A stretch of 64,000 nucleotides of DNA from Nitrosopumilus sp. Its GTDB lineage: Archaea; Thermoproteota; Nitrososphaeria; Nitrososphaerales; Nitrosopumilaceae. Both the position numbers and the translations under genes were made by a program. This document shows, piece after piece, positions 1-9,196 of the stretch. Every line of letters begins with the position of its first letter. Position 1 is the stretch's first letter. Under the pieces are notes generated by a model, which searched no databases, was not told the origin of the DNA, and saw only the letters and a program-made list of their open reading frames with translations. The DNA lies in assembly GCA_965238275.1 (NCBI GenBank), contig OZ250186.1:672001-736000 (forward strand), written 5' to 3'.

Positions 1-2
1 CG

Positions 3-569
3 ATTCTGGGCACAAGCGGAATCGTCATTCCGTTTTCTACGGCATCATACGCTGCATCAATTCGGCAGAATCTGGATGTTGCAGTGGCCATGGGTAATGA
101 TACCGTGGTGTTGACGACTGGAGGACGAAGCGAGGAGATGGCAAAGAAGATAGTGAGTCTTCCCGAGCACTGTTTTATACAGATGGGCGACTTTTCCGGA
201 TACACCATACAACAGTGTGGCAGAAAGGGAATCAAAAAGGCATACATCGTGGGATTCATCGGAAAACTTGCAAAGATGGCAGCAGGAGTCAAGCAGACCC
301 ATGTCAAGGGATCCAAGGTGGACATGAGGTTTCTTGCGGGACTGGCAGAACAGTCCGGTGCCGATGCAGACACTGTCAGAGAGATAAGGAGGGCAAACAC
401 TGCAAGGCATGTCTCTGAGATTGTTCAGGGTAACGGAACCCGCGGGTTCTTTGATCTGATATGCAACCATACATACGAACACATGAGAAGGCACTGCAAC
501 GGTTCGGTTCCAATTGAGGTTGTGCTATTTGACTTTGACGGAAGCATTCTGGCCCAGTCAAGCCGGTAG
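3..569 (+). CDS. cbiD: Cobalt-precorrin-5B C1-methyltransferase CbiD, 5' end outside window
   Basis: Frame open from base 3: ILGTSGIVIPFSTASY...TTGGRSE...MGDF...GFIGKLAKMAAG, the CbiD C-terminal motifs; adjacent to other cbi genes. Confidence 0.93.
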   Translation: MLGTSGIVIPFSTASYAASIRQNLDVAVAMGNDTVVLTTGGRSEEMAKKIVSLPEHCFIQMGDFSGYTIQQCGRKGIKKAYIVGFIGKLAKMAAGVKQTHVKGSKVDMRFLAGLAEQSGADADTVREIRRANTARHVSEIVQGNGTRGFFDLICNHTYEHMRRHCNGSVPIEVVLFDFDGSILAQSSR

Positions 570-573
570 TGTT

Positions 574-620
574 GGTTCTGGTAAATCTTCATGATCTGAT
601 CACCGAAATCTGCCAGAGCC
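574..620. repeat. 47-bp imperfect palindrome (two abutted TIR-like halves)
   Basis: GGTTCTGGTAAATCTTCATGATC-T-GATCACCGAAATCTGCCAGAGCC. Confidence 0.85.
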
Positions 621-621
621 A

Positions 622-858
622 GAGGCCCTTGTCAACCCGTTTGGATCCTACTCGATAGGATACGTGGTTGGAATCCTGGTCCTACCGTTTGCGATTGGTT
701 GACTCCAGAAGGACATCCTGGTCGCAAACCTCGCCGTGGCGCTGATTTACAGCATGGTATCGTTTGTGAGGGCGTACTTGGGCGCGTGTTTGATAAACTT
801 GCCTGATGACAATTTCATAAAACTTGGCAGGAGACTTTGTGAGAAGATTGGGGCGTAA
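622..858 (+). pseudogene. 5'-truncated small membrane-protein gene fragment with in-frame stop
   Basis: EALVNPFGSYSIGYVVGILVLPFAIG*LQKDILVANLAVALIYSMVSFVRAYL...; two hydrophobic segments, TGA at 700-702, no start codon, begins immediately after the palindrome. Confidence 0.55.
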
Positions 859-872
859 CTTTCTTTTCAGAG

Positions 873-1124
873 ATGTGTAATAATGCAACTGGCATTAGTG
901 AAAAATACATGGAAGATGAAATAGAAACTGAACTAATGCATAAAAAACGGGAAAAAGGATTTGCTAAATTGGAAAAGGATTTAGATGATTTTAGAGAATA
1001 TTTCAACAGTACAAAAAATGCAGATGTGATATTGACGTATGCAAACATTATGAGGATGCAAGAAACAAAGTTTTTCATCTACCACATGATTCAAAAAATA
1101 ACACTAAATCAAATTCAGGATTAA
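873..1124 (+). CDS. Hypothetical protein, AT-rich
   Basis: 83-aa ORF in markedly AT-rich DNA; no recognisable motif. Confidence 0.45.
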   Translation: MCNNATGISEKYMEDEIETELMHKKREKGFAKLEKDLDDFREYFNSTKNADVILTYANIMRMQETKFFIYHMIQKITLNQIQD

Positions 1125-1129
1125 ATGAA

Positions 1130-1411
1130 ATGGGTATGTTTGATAACAATAATGAAATGCACATTACTGTATTTAGGTTAAAAAAAGGCATTATACCAGT
1201 TATAGTTAAGATTCCAAAAACTAATGCAAATGGCATTAAAATGAGATATAATAGTTTCATATTAAAAAAAGAAAAAAGATATTATTATACCTTGGATGTA
1301 TCCTGCAACTCTATTATTCCATATGCCTTGACAGTAACCGGAACTGGCGAGATTGATTGTGCCTACGCTGAGAATGCCGGCTGTGGAATTAAGATCACTT
1401 TTAAGATGTGA
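1130..1411 (+). CDS. Hypothetical protein, AT-rich
   Basis: 93-aa ORF 5 bp downstream of the previous one, same strand. Confidence 0.45.
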   Translation: MGMFDNNNEMHITVFRLKKGIIPVIVKIPKTNANGIKMRYNSFILKKEKRYYYTLDVSCNSIIPYALTVTGTGEIDCAYAENAGCGIKITFKM

Positions 1412-1477
1412 TTCTGATGTTTCTCAAGCATTTGAAACGAGTGTGACCAGATCCATTCCAAGTTTCTTTATGGACTG

Positions 1478-1524
1478 GATCCTGGTAAATTCTGGTGATC
1501 TGATCACTGAAATTTACCAGAGTT
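1478..1524. repeat. 47-bp imperfect palindrome, second copy
   Basis: GATCCTGGTAAATTCTGGTGATC-T-GATCACTGAAATTTACCAGAGTT. Confidence 0.85.
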
Positions 1525-1655
1525 GTAGTGTCTGCAAACCTGGTGGCTGATCGATTCTCCGTGGATGAATGCCGCAAGTATTCAAGGGACACACGCAAAA
1601 AATCTCAAAAGGACACAACGGTTCCCAACGTGACATGTACATGATCAGGACAAAA

Positions 1656-1779
1656 GACTATTCTTTTATCTTTAACGCGCCTGACGGGCATTCCTTGACT
1701 GTTCTTCTTATCTCCTCGACTATTCTTTTATCTTTAACGCGCCTGACGGGCATTCCTTGACTGTTCTTCTTATCTCCTC
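1656..1779. repeat. Exact 62-bp tandem duplication
   Basis: 1656-1717 is identical to 1718-1779; duplicates the 3' end of the ferredoxin-like gene. Confidence 0.95.
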
Positions 1780-1896
1780 AGGAGCACCATCCTGTATTAT
1801 GACAAATTTGTCATTCTGTTTTGTAAACACGGAGGGGAGATTCTTTACGCACTTGCCTGAATGAATACAGACGTTCTCATCCCAACTAACTTCCAT
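1720..1896 (-). CDS. Small divergent 4Fe-4S ferredoxin-like protein (YjdI/Fer4_19-like), 58 aa
   Basis: Manual translation: MEVSWDENVCIHSGKCVKNLPSVF...VKECPSGALKIKE; CIHSGxC and CPSGAL motifs; below ORF-track cutoff. Confidence 0.85.
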   Translation of the reverse strand: MEVSWDENVCIHSGKCVKNLPSVFTKQNDKFVIIQDGAPEEIRRTVKECPSGALKIKE

Positions 1897-2029
1897 GCGT
1901 CTGTTCTAGCATGCTGTTACAAAAACCTATTGTTGCATCCGGAATGATTCACCCTCCATACCCGGATTCTCCTGAAATGTAGCGTGACAATTGCAAAGAT
2001 ATTTTATCAAAGTAACCAATTCCTTGTTT

Positions 2030-3082
2030 ATGGAAAATGTGTCTGTTCTTGTCATTACCAAGAACGGGGTAAGAATGGGGGCAGACCTCAAGAAAATGTT
2101 CCCGGACTGGCATGTCCTTGCGCCTGAAAAACTCTCCAACGGAAGCGACGCAATAACCTGGTACCCTGAATCCACCACCCAGAAGATAGTCCAGTTGTTT
2201 CAGAACAGTGATGCGCTGGTCTGCATCTTCTCTCTGGGGGCCGTAATCAGACTGATCGCGCCGCACCTGAAGAGCAAGAAGACGGATCCGGCCGTGGTGG
2301 TAATTGATGATCAAGGGGGCTTTGTAATCAGCACGCTGTCCGGACACCTTGGAGGTGCCAACGAACTGACCCTGGAGATTGCAGACCGGATGGGGGCCAC
2401 GCCTGTCATCACCACTGCTGCAGACGTGAACAAGACGATATCCGTAGACCTGATAGGGAGGAATCTGGGATGGCAGATTGAGGATGACTCTGCTGTTACT
2501 AGGGTCAGCGCCCACATGGTAAACGGGGAGGCCATCGGCGTCTTTCAGGATGCCGGCAGCAGGGAATGGTACACAAAACTACCGCACAACGTCACCATGT
2601 ACCATGACATGAACTCCCTGAGGGGATCCGGCTCCAAAGGACACATTATAATCTCGGATCGGACAATTAGCGGCATGATGCCTGCGGATTCCGTGGTGTA
2701 CAGACCCCCGAGTCTGGTGGTGGGCGTGGGGCTGCACTGGGACACCCACAAGGATACCATCAAAGCCGGGATTGCAGACACCCTTGAGAGGTTCGGCCTC
2801 AGCCCAATCTCGGTATCAGGACTGGCATCGATAAGGAAGCCGCAGGACATACCCGGGCTGATACAGGCTGCACAGGAGATGGACGTACCGGTAGAGTATG
2901 TGGATCGGGAAGAACTGGCCCGAATCCAGACCCCGAACCCCTCAGACACTGTAAGGTCCTTTGAGGGAACTGCAAGCGTCTCAGAGGCTGCTGCCATGAT
3001 ATCTGCTAGCGGTAACCTGGTTGTAGAAAAACAGAAATTCCCACCGAATCTGACCATAGCCATAGCACGGAGAATGAATTGA
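2030..3082 (+). CDS. cbiG: Cobalt-precorrin-5A hydrolase CbiG
   Basis: DPAVVVID, SGHLGGAN, PVITTAAD, SVSEAAA motifs; ATG at 2030 preferred. Confidence 0.93.
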   Translation: MENVSVLVITKNGVRMGADLKKMFPDWHVLAPEKLSNGSDAITWYPESTTQKIVQLFQNSDALVCIFSLGAVIRLIAPHLKSKKTDPAVVVIDDQGGFVISTLSGHLGGANELTLEIADRMGATPVITTAADVNKTISVDLIGRNLGWQIEDDSAVTRVSAHMVNGEAIGVFQDAGSREWYTKLPHNVTMYHDMNSLRGSGSKGHIIISDRTISGMMPADSVVYRPPSLVVGVGLHWDTHKDTIKAGIADTLERFGLSPISVSGLASIRKPQDIPGLIQAAQEMDVPVEYVDREELARIQTPNPSDTVRSFEGTASVSEAAAMISASGNLVVEKQKFPPNLTIAIARRMN

Positions 3083-3831
3083 GGCGCGGACTGTTACTCA
3101 TAGACAGGGGAAGCCGGCAGAGGGAGGCATCTGAGGAACTTGAGACGATCTGCTCGGAGATAATGTCACGGGATCGATATGCCTTTGTCGATTTCTGCTT
3201 TCTGGAAGTTGAGCCGCCATACATAGAGGACGGAATTGCAAGATGTCTCAGGCAGGATATCGACTCGCTAACAATTGTGCCGTACTTTCTGTACCCCGGA
3301 AGAAAGGTCAAATGTGCCGTCACTGATGTCATGAAGTTTCAAAAGGATACGGAGGTAAAGTTTGTCGTTACAAAACCCATGAGCATGCACAAGACCCTGG
3401 TAAGCCTAGTCCGGAATAGGATAACTACCACCATGGAGGAGAACCACGTGACCCTTCCGGAGAAGGACGTGGATGTCATGCTTATTGGGCACGGAAGCAA
3501 AGACTCCAACGCGCGTCTGTCCTTGGATTACATTGTAAACGAATTGCAGGACTCGTACCGGAACGTAAGCCGGTGCTGGCTGGAGATAGAGCAGCCGGAC
3601 ATATTCCAAGGAGTCAAGAAATGCTCAGATGACAAGCCCCGGGTGCTGATGGTGGTGTTTTACTTTCTGCACGAGGGTGCACACGTAAAGACTGACATCA
3701 ACAACGATCTGATGCCTGCCCTTGCCGACTCTGGAATCAAGACATTCTACATAACAAAACATCTGGGTACCGACCCAAAGATGATCGACCTGATCATGGA
3801 GAGGGCAGGGGACGTGGAAAATGCAGACTGA
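3079..3831 (+). CDS. cbiX: Sirohydrochlorin cobaltochelatase, CbiX family (two domains)
   Basis: FLEVEPP, PYFLYPG, GHGS, YFLHEGAHV motifs. Confidence 0.88.
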   Translation: MRRGLLLIDRGSRQREASEELETICSEIMSRDRYAFVDFCFLEVEPPYIEDGIARCLRQDIDSLTIVPYFLYPGRKVKCAVTDVMKFQKDTEVKFVVTKPMSMHKTLVSLVRNRITTTMEENHVTLPEKDVDVMLIGHGSKDSNARLSLDYIVNELQDSYRNVSRCWLEIEQPDIFQGVKKCSDDKPRVLMVVFYFLHEGAHVKTDINNDLMPALADSGIKTFYITKHLGTDPKMIDLIMERAGDVENAD

Positions 3832-4456
3832 GAAAGGACAGTCCATAGAGGACGCAAGCATGCAGGTCATCGACGATGAGATCGGATCACATCACTACGA
3901 CGAGATGGAATGGCCCATCGTCAGGAGGGTGATTCATTCCACTGCAGATTTTGATTTTGCAGGAAAAAACAGGATAATCTTCTGCAACAACGCCATCCGG
4001 AGTGGTATGAATGCGCTGAGGAACGGCTGCAGCATAGTCGTGGATGTTAACGGCGTTCTGGGAGGCCTCAACAAACAGAACCTCAGGGAATTTGGCAACA
4101 AGACTGTCTGCAACATCTCGGATCCGGCCGTCATGGAGGCTGCAAAAAGGCAGGGAACGACGCGTTCCAGGGTCTCCATGCGAATGGCAGCCGGACAGAT
4201 CGATGGCGGTGTGGTGGTAGTTGGCAACGCACCTACTGCGCTGCAGGAGGTGGTTCAGATGACCGCGGAGGGCACGGCCAGCCCCGCACTGATAATAGGA
4301 ATTCCTGTGGGATTCATATGTGCTGCAGAATCAAAAGAGGAACTCTCAAAATCTGCAGCACCGCACATCACCAACCTAGGCCGGAAGGGCGGCAGCCCGT
4401 CGGCCTCTGCAATAACCAACGCACTCTTCAAACTGATCCGGGCAGAATCCCCCTGA
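3821..4456 (+). CDS. cbiC: Cobalt-precorrin-8 methylmutase
   Basis: RVIHSTAD, GNAPTAL, PVGF, GRKGGS motifs. Confidence 0.95.
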   Translation: MQTEKGQSIEDASMQVIDDEIGSHHYDEMEWPIVRRVIHSTADFDFAGKNRIIFCNNAIRSGMNALRNGCSIVVDVNGVLGGLNKQNLREFGNKTVCNISDPAVMEAAKRQGTTRSRVSMRMAAGQIDGGVVVVGNAPTALQEVVQMTAEGTASPALIIGIPVGFICAAESKEELSKSAAPHITNLGRKGGSPSASAITNALFKLIRAESP

Positions 4457-4464
4457 TTGGCACC

Positions 4465-5820
4465 CTACCCTTTTGAGTATCTGGCGCAGTTCCTGACAAA
4501 CGTCTCTGCGTAATCCGAGCTGTCAAAATACAGATGCCCGTATGAGGCAAGCGTGTCATACTCAATCATGCCGTCCCTGCTGCCGTCAATTCCCCTGCCG
4601 ACATCCATCTTGTATGCAAATCTGGAATCCTGTGAGACTGAGCCTATGCGGGAGTAGTGAAACTCGTGCCCGCGAAAGATGCTCGGTTCTGAAGATACGG
4701 GGGTGCCGGCAGCCATGTTCCCTCTGGTGTAGCCAAGTGTCATCTGTCCTGTCATCTCCGTCTCTGCATCAAATATGCCGACCATCCTGTGTCTTTTGCC
4801 ACCTGACGTGATCTGTCTTGTAAGATACATCAGTCCCCCGCATTCGGCATAGATTGGAAGGCCGTCCTCTGAAAGACGTTTGATGGTCTCCTGCATGGGA
4901 CGGTTCCCTGCAAGCCTGTCTCCAAGAACCTCTGGAAACCCGCCTCCGATGTAGAGCCCGTTGCAGTCAGGCGGCCCGGCATCTGTGACTGGACTGAAGA
5001 ACTCCAGCGATGCGCCGCAGCGCCGCAGCGCCTCTAGGTTGTCCTGATAGTAAAAGTTGAACGACGCGTCAAGGGCCACTGCTATCTTGGTCTTGGGCTC
5101 CTCGTATGCCGCCCTTGCCATGTCTGGCAGGGGGGCAGCACCATGTGCAATCTGTGCCATCCTGTCAATATCTAGGTGCTGTGACATGGTCTGCGCCACT
5201 TTGCTGATCTTGGCGTACAGGGCATCCCTGTCCAGCGTGGAGACAAGCCCCAGATGACGGGATTCCATTTCCAGCTCCGGATCCCTTGGAATGGTTCCAA
5301 GCACTGGAATGCCTGTCTCTTCCAATGCCGTTCTGCATGCCTGCCCGTGCCTGTCACTGCCAACCCTGTTGAGAATTACTCCTGCGATCCTAGACTCCTT
5401 GTGAAACACCTTAAAACCTGTGGCAGTTGCTGCAATGGAGCGGGCCGTCTTGGATGCATCCAGGATCAGAACCACCGGGGATCTGGTTATGGATGCTGCA
5501 TGATGGGTGCTTGCATAGTTTGAGTCCCCCCCAAAGCCGTCATAGTAGCCCATTACACCCTCGACTACGGATACATCCGATGCAGAGTTGCAGATGAAGC
5601 TCTCCAGCAGACGATCCTCGCCCATCAACCAGGCATCAAGGTTGCATGCGTCCTGCCCTGAGATGCTTGAGAGGTAGCCTGGGTCGATATAGTCGGGGCC
5701 CACCTTGAATGGCCTGACCGAGTAGCCCTTCCTCTGGAGCGCATAAATTATTGAGCATGTGACTGACGTCTTTCCGACCCCGCTGCTTGTGCCTGCCAGG
5801 ACGATTCTGGGAATTTTCAA
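4465..5820 (-). CDS. cbiA: Cobyrinate a,c-diamide synthase
   Basis: SGVGKT, FKVGPDYIDP, EGVMG, AECGGLMYL, GHEFHYS. Confidence 0.95.
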   Translation of the reverse strand: MKIPRIVLAGTSSGVGKTSVTCSIIYALQRKGYSVRPFKVGPDYIDPGYLSSISGQDACNLDAWLMGEDRLLESFICNSASDVSVVEGVMGYYDGFGGDSNYASTHHAASITRSPVVLILDASKTARSIAATATGFKVFHKESRIAGVILNRVGSDRHGQACRTALEETGIPVLGTIPRDPELEMESRHLGLVSTLDRDALYAKISKVAQTMSQHLDIDRMAQIAHGAAPLPDMARAAYEEPKTKIAVALDASFNFYYQDNLEALRRCGASLEFFSPVTDAGPPDCNGLYIGGGFPEVLGDRLAGNRPMQETIKRLSEDGLPIYAECGGLMYLTRQITSGGKRHRMVGIFDAETEMTGQMTLGYTRGNMAAGTPVSSEPSIFRGHEFHYSRIGSVSQDSRFAYKMDVGRGIDGSRDGMIEYDTLASYGHLYFDSSDYAETFVRNCARYSKG

Positions 5821-6175
5821 TCCGTGTGACTAGGTTCGTTTTTTATTTAAACCACATGAATGGCATCTCCCGCTTTTGCACAAATCCTCAAGATCATGGC
5901 ATGCTATGGGACAGGCGTTCCCTCGTTTGGATGCTGGTCATTCCCTGTCAGCAGTACATACAGATGATACAGAACCTGCACCAACGCCCATCAGAAATGT
6001 CTGCAGATACGGCATGGTGCCAGAAAAAAGATCATCCATACTGCAACAACGCAGGAATGATGCAGACGACTGGGCATATGGCAGATTCCCCCAACACCTG
6101 CATTCTGGATGGAACCATGGATGATGCAGCCCTGAATTCCCAATCTTTTTAGCAAGACCCATCAAGGGTGATATC

Positions 6176-6709
6176 ATGGAACCAAACGGCATAACCATAG
6201 TATACACCGGAAAGGGCAAGGGAAAGACAACTGCGGCACTGGGAATAGTGTTGCGGGCATCCGGATATGGAAAAAAAACCTGCATGATCCAGTTCATTAA
6301 GGGATCTTGGCATTATGGCGAGATCGATTCTGCCAAGAGGCTCAAGCCGGAGTTTGAGATGATCCGGGCAGGCAGCGGGTTTGTCGGTATTATAGATGAC
6401 AAGAGCCCCCGGGAGGTTCACGAGATGACTGCAAGACATGCAGTCCGGACCAGCAGGGAGAAGATCCAGTCTGGGGAATACGACATTGTCATACTTGATG
6501 AGATAAACTATGCCGTGAACCTCGGACTGGTCAGCCTTGAGGACGTTCTGGAATTAATCAGCACAAAGCCTGCACGGCTTGATCTGATACTGACGGGGAA
6601 TTATGCCCGGGACGAGGTTCTGGAGGTTGCGGATCTGGTTACCGAGATGAGGGAGATAAAGCATCCGTTTCAGCGCGGCATAAAGGCAAAAAAGGGAATC
6701 GATTTTTAA
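6176..6709 (+). CDS. cobO: Cob(I)alamin adenosyltransferase (CobO/BtuR type)
   Basis: YTGKGKGKTTAALG, QFIKG, LDEI, KHPF...GIDF. Confidence 0.95.
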   Translation: MEPNGITIVYTGKGKGKTTAALGIVLRASGYGKKTCMIQFIKGSWHYGEIDSAKRLKPEFEMIRAGSGFVGIIDDKSPREVHEMTARHAVRTSREKIQSGEYDIVILDEINYAVNLGLVSLEDVLELISTKPARLDLILTGNYARDEVLEVADLVTEMREIKHPFQRGIKAKKGIDF

Positions 6710-7105
6710 CGGGAGCCGCGTGATCCTCGGAAATCACATATGGGACTGCTGCCAATCCCATGCGGTTTGTCCTGTATGGGTGCGAAACCCGCTAGAGTGT
6801 CCTGATGCCTGCACCTGATGACTGCCCCGGTAGCGAATCCCAAAGAATTCTGCATAAAACAACGAATCAAACAACTGACAATGCAGCCATACCCGACAAC
6901 GTCACCATCAGACTGCAGCGCATAATCCTGAATAAAAGAGGATTAAATCTAGAGTGAGTTGATCACGTCTTCGAATCCGGAGCTTGGTTTTTCGATGAGG
7001 CTTGGCCTGTGGTCTTCAATCAGCCTGTCCACCATATCCCTCGTTTTGATGTAATATTTCTTCTTCAGGTCTACAAACCTAATTTCAACCAGCTTGTCAG
7101 AAACC

Positions 7106-8459
7106 AACTCTGTTTCCTAATTACGCTCGACACAGATACTCGTCTGTGCAATTCTGCCTACGTCGTCGTCTTGCCCCCTTCCCTTGCAGTCCTTGGGCCG
7201 GGCTTGTAGGCTTGCACGATCCTTGGCGTGCCGTACCCGTTGTCGATTGCAGTATCGATCATCTGGTTGTACAGCTGCACCTTTCCGTATATCTCGGCCT
7301 TGACGTTCTCCCACTTGCGCGCGCTTATGCACTCGCCCAACACCCGCTTGAACGTGGAAAATACAATCTCGACTGACCACCGGTCGTTGTACCCTGACTC
7401 CCTGCGCCACGCCTTCTGGAATTCCCTCTTTTGTTCGCGCGTGAGGCCTGCAAACTTGCGTTCTGCCGTCTTGTCCATGCAGTCCAGGTCCCCCAGCTGC
7501 CTGAATCCTGCCTCCTTGCGGGGCATGCACCCGTTCGCCTTTCCGGCAAAGTCGATGCGGACGGGAATCAGCGGCTCGATTCCCTGCTCGTCGCAGTACC
7601 TGCGGATCTTCTGGGTGTCGTACGCGCCGTCGGCTGCCGCCTTGGTGCCTGCAGAAGTGTCTGAGTTTGGTGATTTTTTTGCATTTGCAAGGGCCTGCCC
7701 CACCAGTTCCTCAAACTGCGGAGAGTCCCCGCACTTGTCGTCGGTTATGGCCACGGCGTAGATCTTTTTGGTTTTGGCATCCACCCCGACGTGCAGCTTT
7801 ATGAAGCCCCGCCTGGTCCCCCACTTTTCTGTCATCCAGTCGCCGCGGTTTGTGGGCTTGAGTCCAGTGGAGTCGAAGGCAAACAGCTTGATCTCGGCCC
7901 GGGTGCCGCCGTCTGAGAACCACGCAGAAGCCGTGCCGCTACCATCATCATTGTCTGCAACAGTGCAGCCAAGCTTGGTCATCCTCTTCTGGAACGCCGA
8001 GTACGTGGGCGCGTTTTCCTTGCCGACTATCGTCTCTGCCAGACCCTGGAGCTGCCTGTACCTTATGCCGGTGGCGTTTTTGAACAGGGATGCTGCTGCA
8101 AAGCACGCGTTTGAAAATACGTACGGGCGGCCTACCTTCCCGCAGTTTAGCTTCTCGACTCCCTGAGTCAGGATCTCCGGGCTTATCTGGAGCGTCCACA
8201 ACTGGCCGCGGTCTATGTACCTGCGGTCATCGTACTGGAACCGGCGTTCTTTGGATTTGAAAGATTTTTTAGCCTCATGCGTGCCCGTTTTGTCTGGAGA
8301 GGATGTGTTTTCAGTCATGGCGATAACCTGACTGTCTGCACACCTCTCTGATCAATACGGTTTTCTATTGAAGATGTTTGATATTATGTTCAAATTCAAC
8401 TGATCTGGCCTAATTCTGAACCTGTTGGGTGTGACTGGCGATAATTAGGAAACAGAGTT
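7106..8459 (-). mobile_element. IS5-family element (IS903/ISH1-like)
   Basis: Perfect 18-bp TIR AACTCTGTTTCCTAATTA; 8-bp TSD CAGAAACC at 7098-7105 and 8460-8467 (alternatively 10-bp TCAGAAACCA with a 17-bp TIR). Confidence 0.95.
7158..8318 (-). CDS. IS5-family DDE transposase
   Basis: DSTGLK...KLHVGVD, ADGAYD, YNDRWSVEIVFSTFKR (YREK-like). Confidence 0.93.
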   Translation of the reverse strand: MTENTSSPDKTGTHEAKKSFKSKERRFQYDDRRYIDRGQLWTLQISPEILTQGVEKLNCGKVGRPYVFSNACFAAASLFKNATGIRYRQLQGLAETIVGKENAPTYSAFQKRMTKLGCTVADNDDGSGTASAWFSDGGTRAEIKLFAFDSTGLKPTNRGDWMTEKWGTRRGFIKLHVGVDAKTKKIYAVAITDDKCGDSPQFEELVGQALANAKKSPNSDTSAGTKAAADGAYDTQKIRRYCDEQGIEPLIPVRIDFAGKANGCMPRKEAGFRQLGDLDCMDKTAERKFAGLTREQKREFQKAWRRESGYNDRWSVEIVFSTFKRVLGECISARKWENVKAEIYGKVQLYNQMIDTAIDNGYGTPRIVQAYKPGPRTAREGGKTTT

Positions 8460-8803
8460 CAGAAACCATCTGGGATAAATATACCGAAACCGTTGATGGT
8501 GATTTTCCAACAGCACCTACAATCTCCTTGAACCCCAACCCGCTGTTTTCTATTAATGCAAGCAGTATGTCCCGCGGAGTCTGTCTCCTTAATGTCCTGA
8601 TTACTCTGGACTCCTCTTCTGAAATCTGCGGCGGATAGAATCCTGTCCGTCTCGTGGTCCTCATGACCTTGACTACGCCGTTTTTTTCGAATTTTTTAAG
8701 ATAATGACTCAAAACTCCGTTTTTCAACCCGGACATCCTCATAATTTCCCTGAACTGAATTCCGGGATTGTTCTGGATAATCTCCATCAGCAGTAAATTC
8801 CTG

Positions 8804-9196
8804 TCAGTCATTTCTGAACACCCCCACTGCCAGCAGTCCCAGCGTACCAAATACCAACAGATGTCCTATCTCGCCTAGGGGCACATCTCCCAGATCATAA
8901 CTGTAGGGCCATGTTGCATCAACCAGCAAAACAACCTCTGCCCCAATAAAACATGCAAAGGCAATCGCACCTAGCATCAGCCTTTTTGTTTTTACCTTGC
9001 AGTATGCCAGACAGGCCAAGGCTGTAATGAACACTGCAAGAACCAATCCCCCAACGTGCAAAAGTATGTGGGCTATGTGGAATCCGTGCAAGAGATGGGG
9101 AATAATCACCGGCAGGGCCAGTACTGCAACAACTGCGGCAACTATGACTGAAAACAGTGTTGATTTCCTTTCAAATATGACCTGTGGTCTAAACAC
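8804..9196 (-). CDS. Hypothetical membrane protein (about 4 TM), translationally coupled to the wHTH regulator
   Basis: Four hydrophobic segments with His residues; ATGACTGA overlap with the downstream gene. Confidence 0.75.
   Translation of the reverse strand: MFRPQVIFERKSTLFSVIVAAVVAVLALPVIIPHLLHGFHIAHILLHVGGLVLAVFITALACLAYCKVKTKRLMLGAIAFACFIGAEVVLLVDATWPYSYDLGDVPLGEIGHLLVFGTLGLLAVGVFRND

Larger units (their letters stand above)
574..1524. mobile_element. Non-autonomous cargo element bounded by two 47-bp palindromes
   Basis: Flanks GTAGTGTT (566-573) and GTAGTGTC (1525-1532) match 7/8; ends related to the TIRs at 36592, 38371, 41117 and 41380; much of the interior is AT-rich; no transposase. 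Confidence 0.75.
6949..8811 (-). pseudogene. Double winged-HTH transcription regulator interrupted by an IS5-family element
   Basis: Removing 7106-8459 plus one TSD joins ...YLSQMVS to DKLVEIRFVDLKKKYYIK...FEDVINSL* in frame. Confidence 0.9.

Noticed and set aside
5821-6175. Cobalamin riboswitch between cbiA and cobO
   Set aside because: No recognisable B12-box or conserved core by eye; would need an Rfam/Infernal search.
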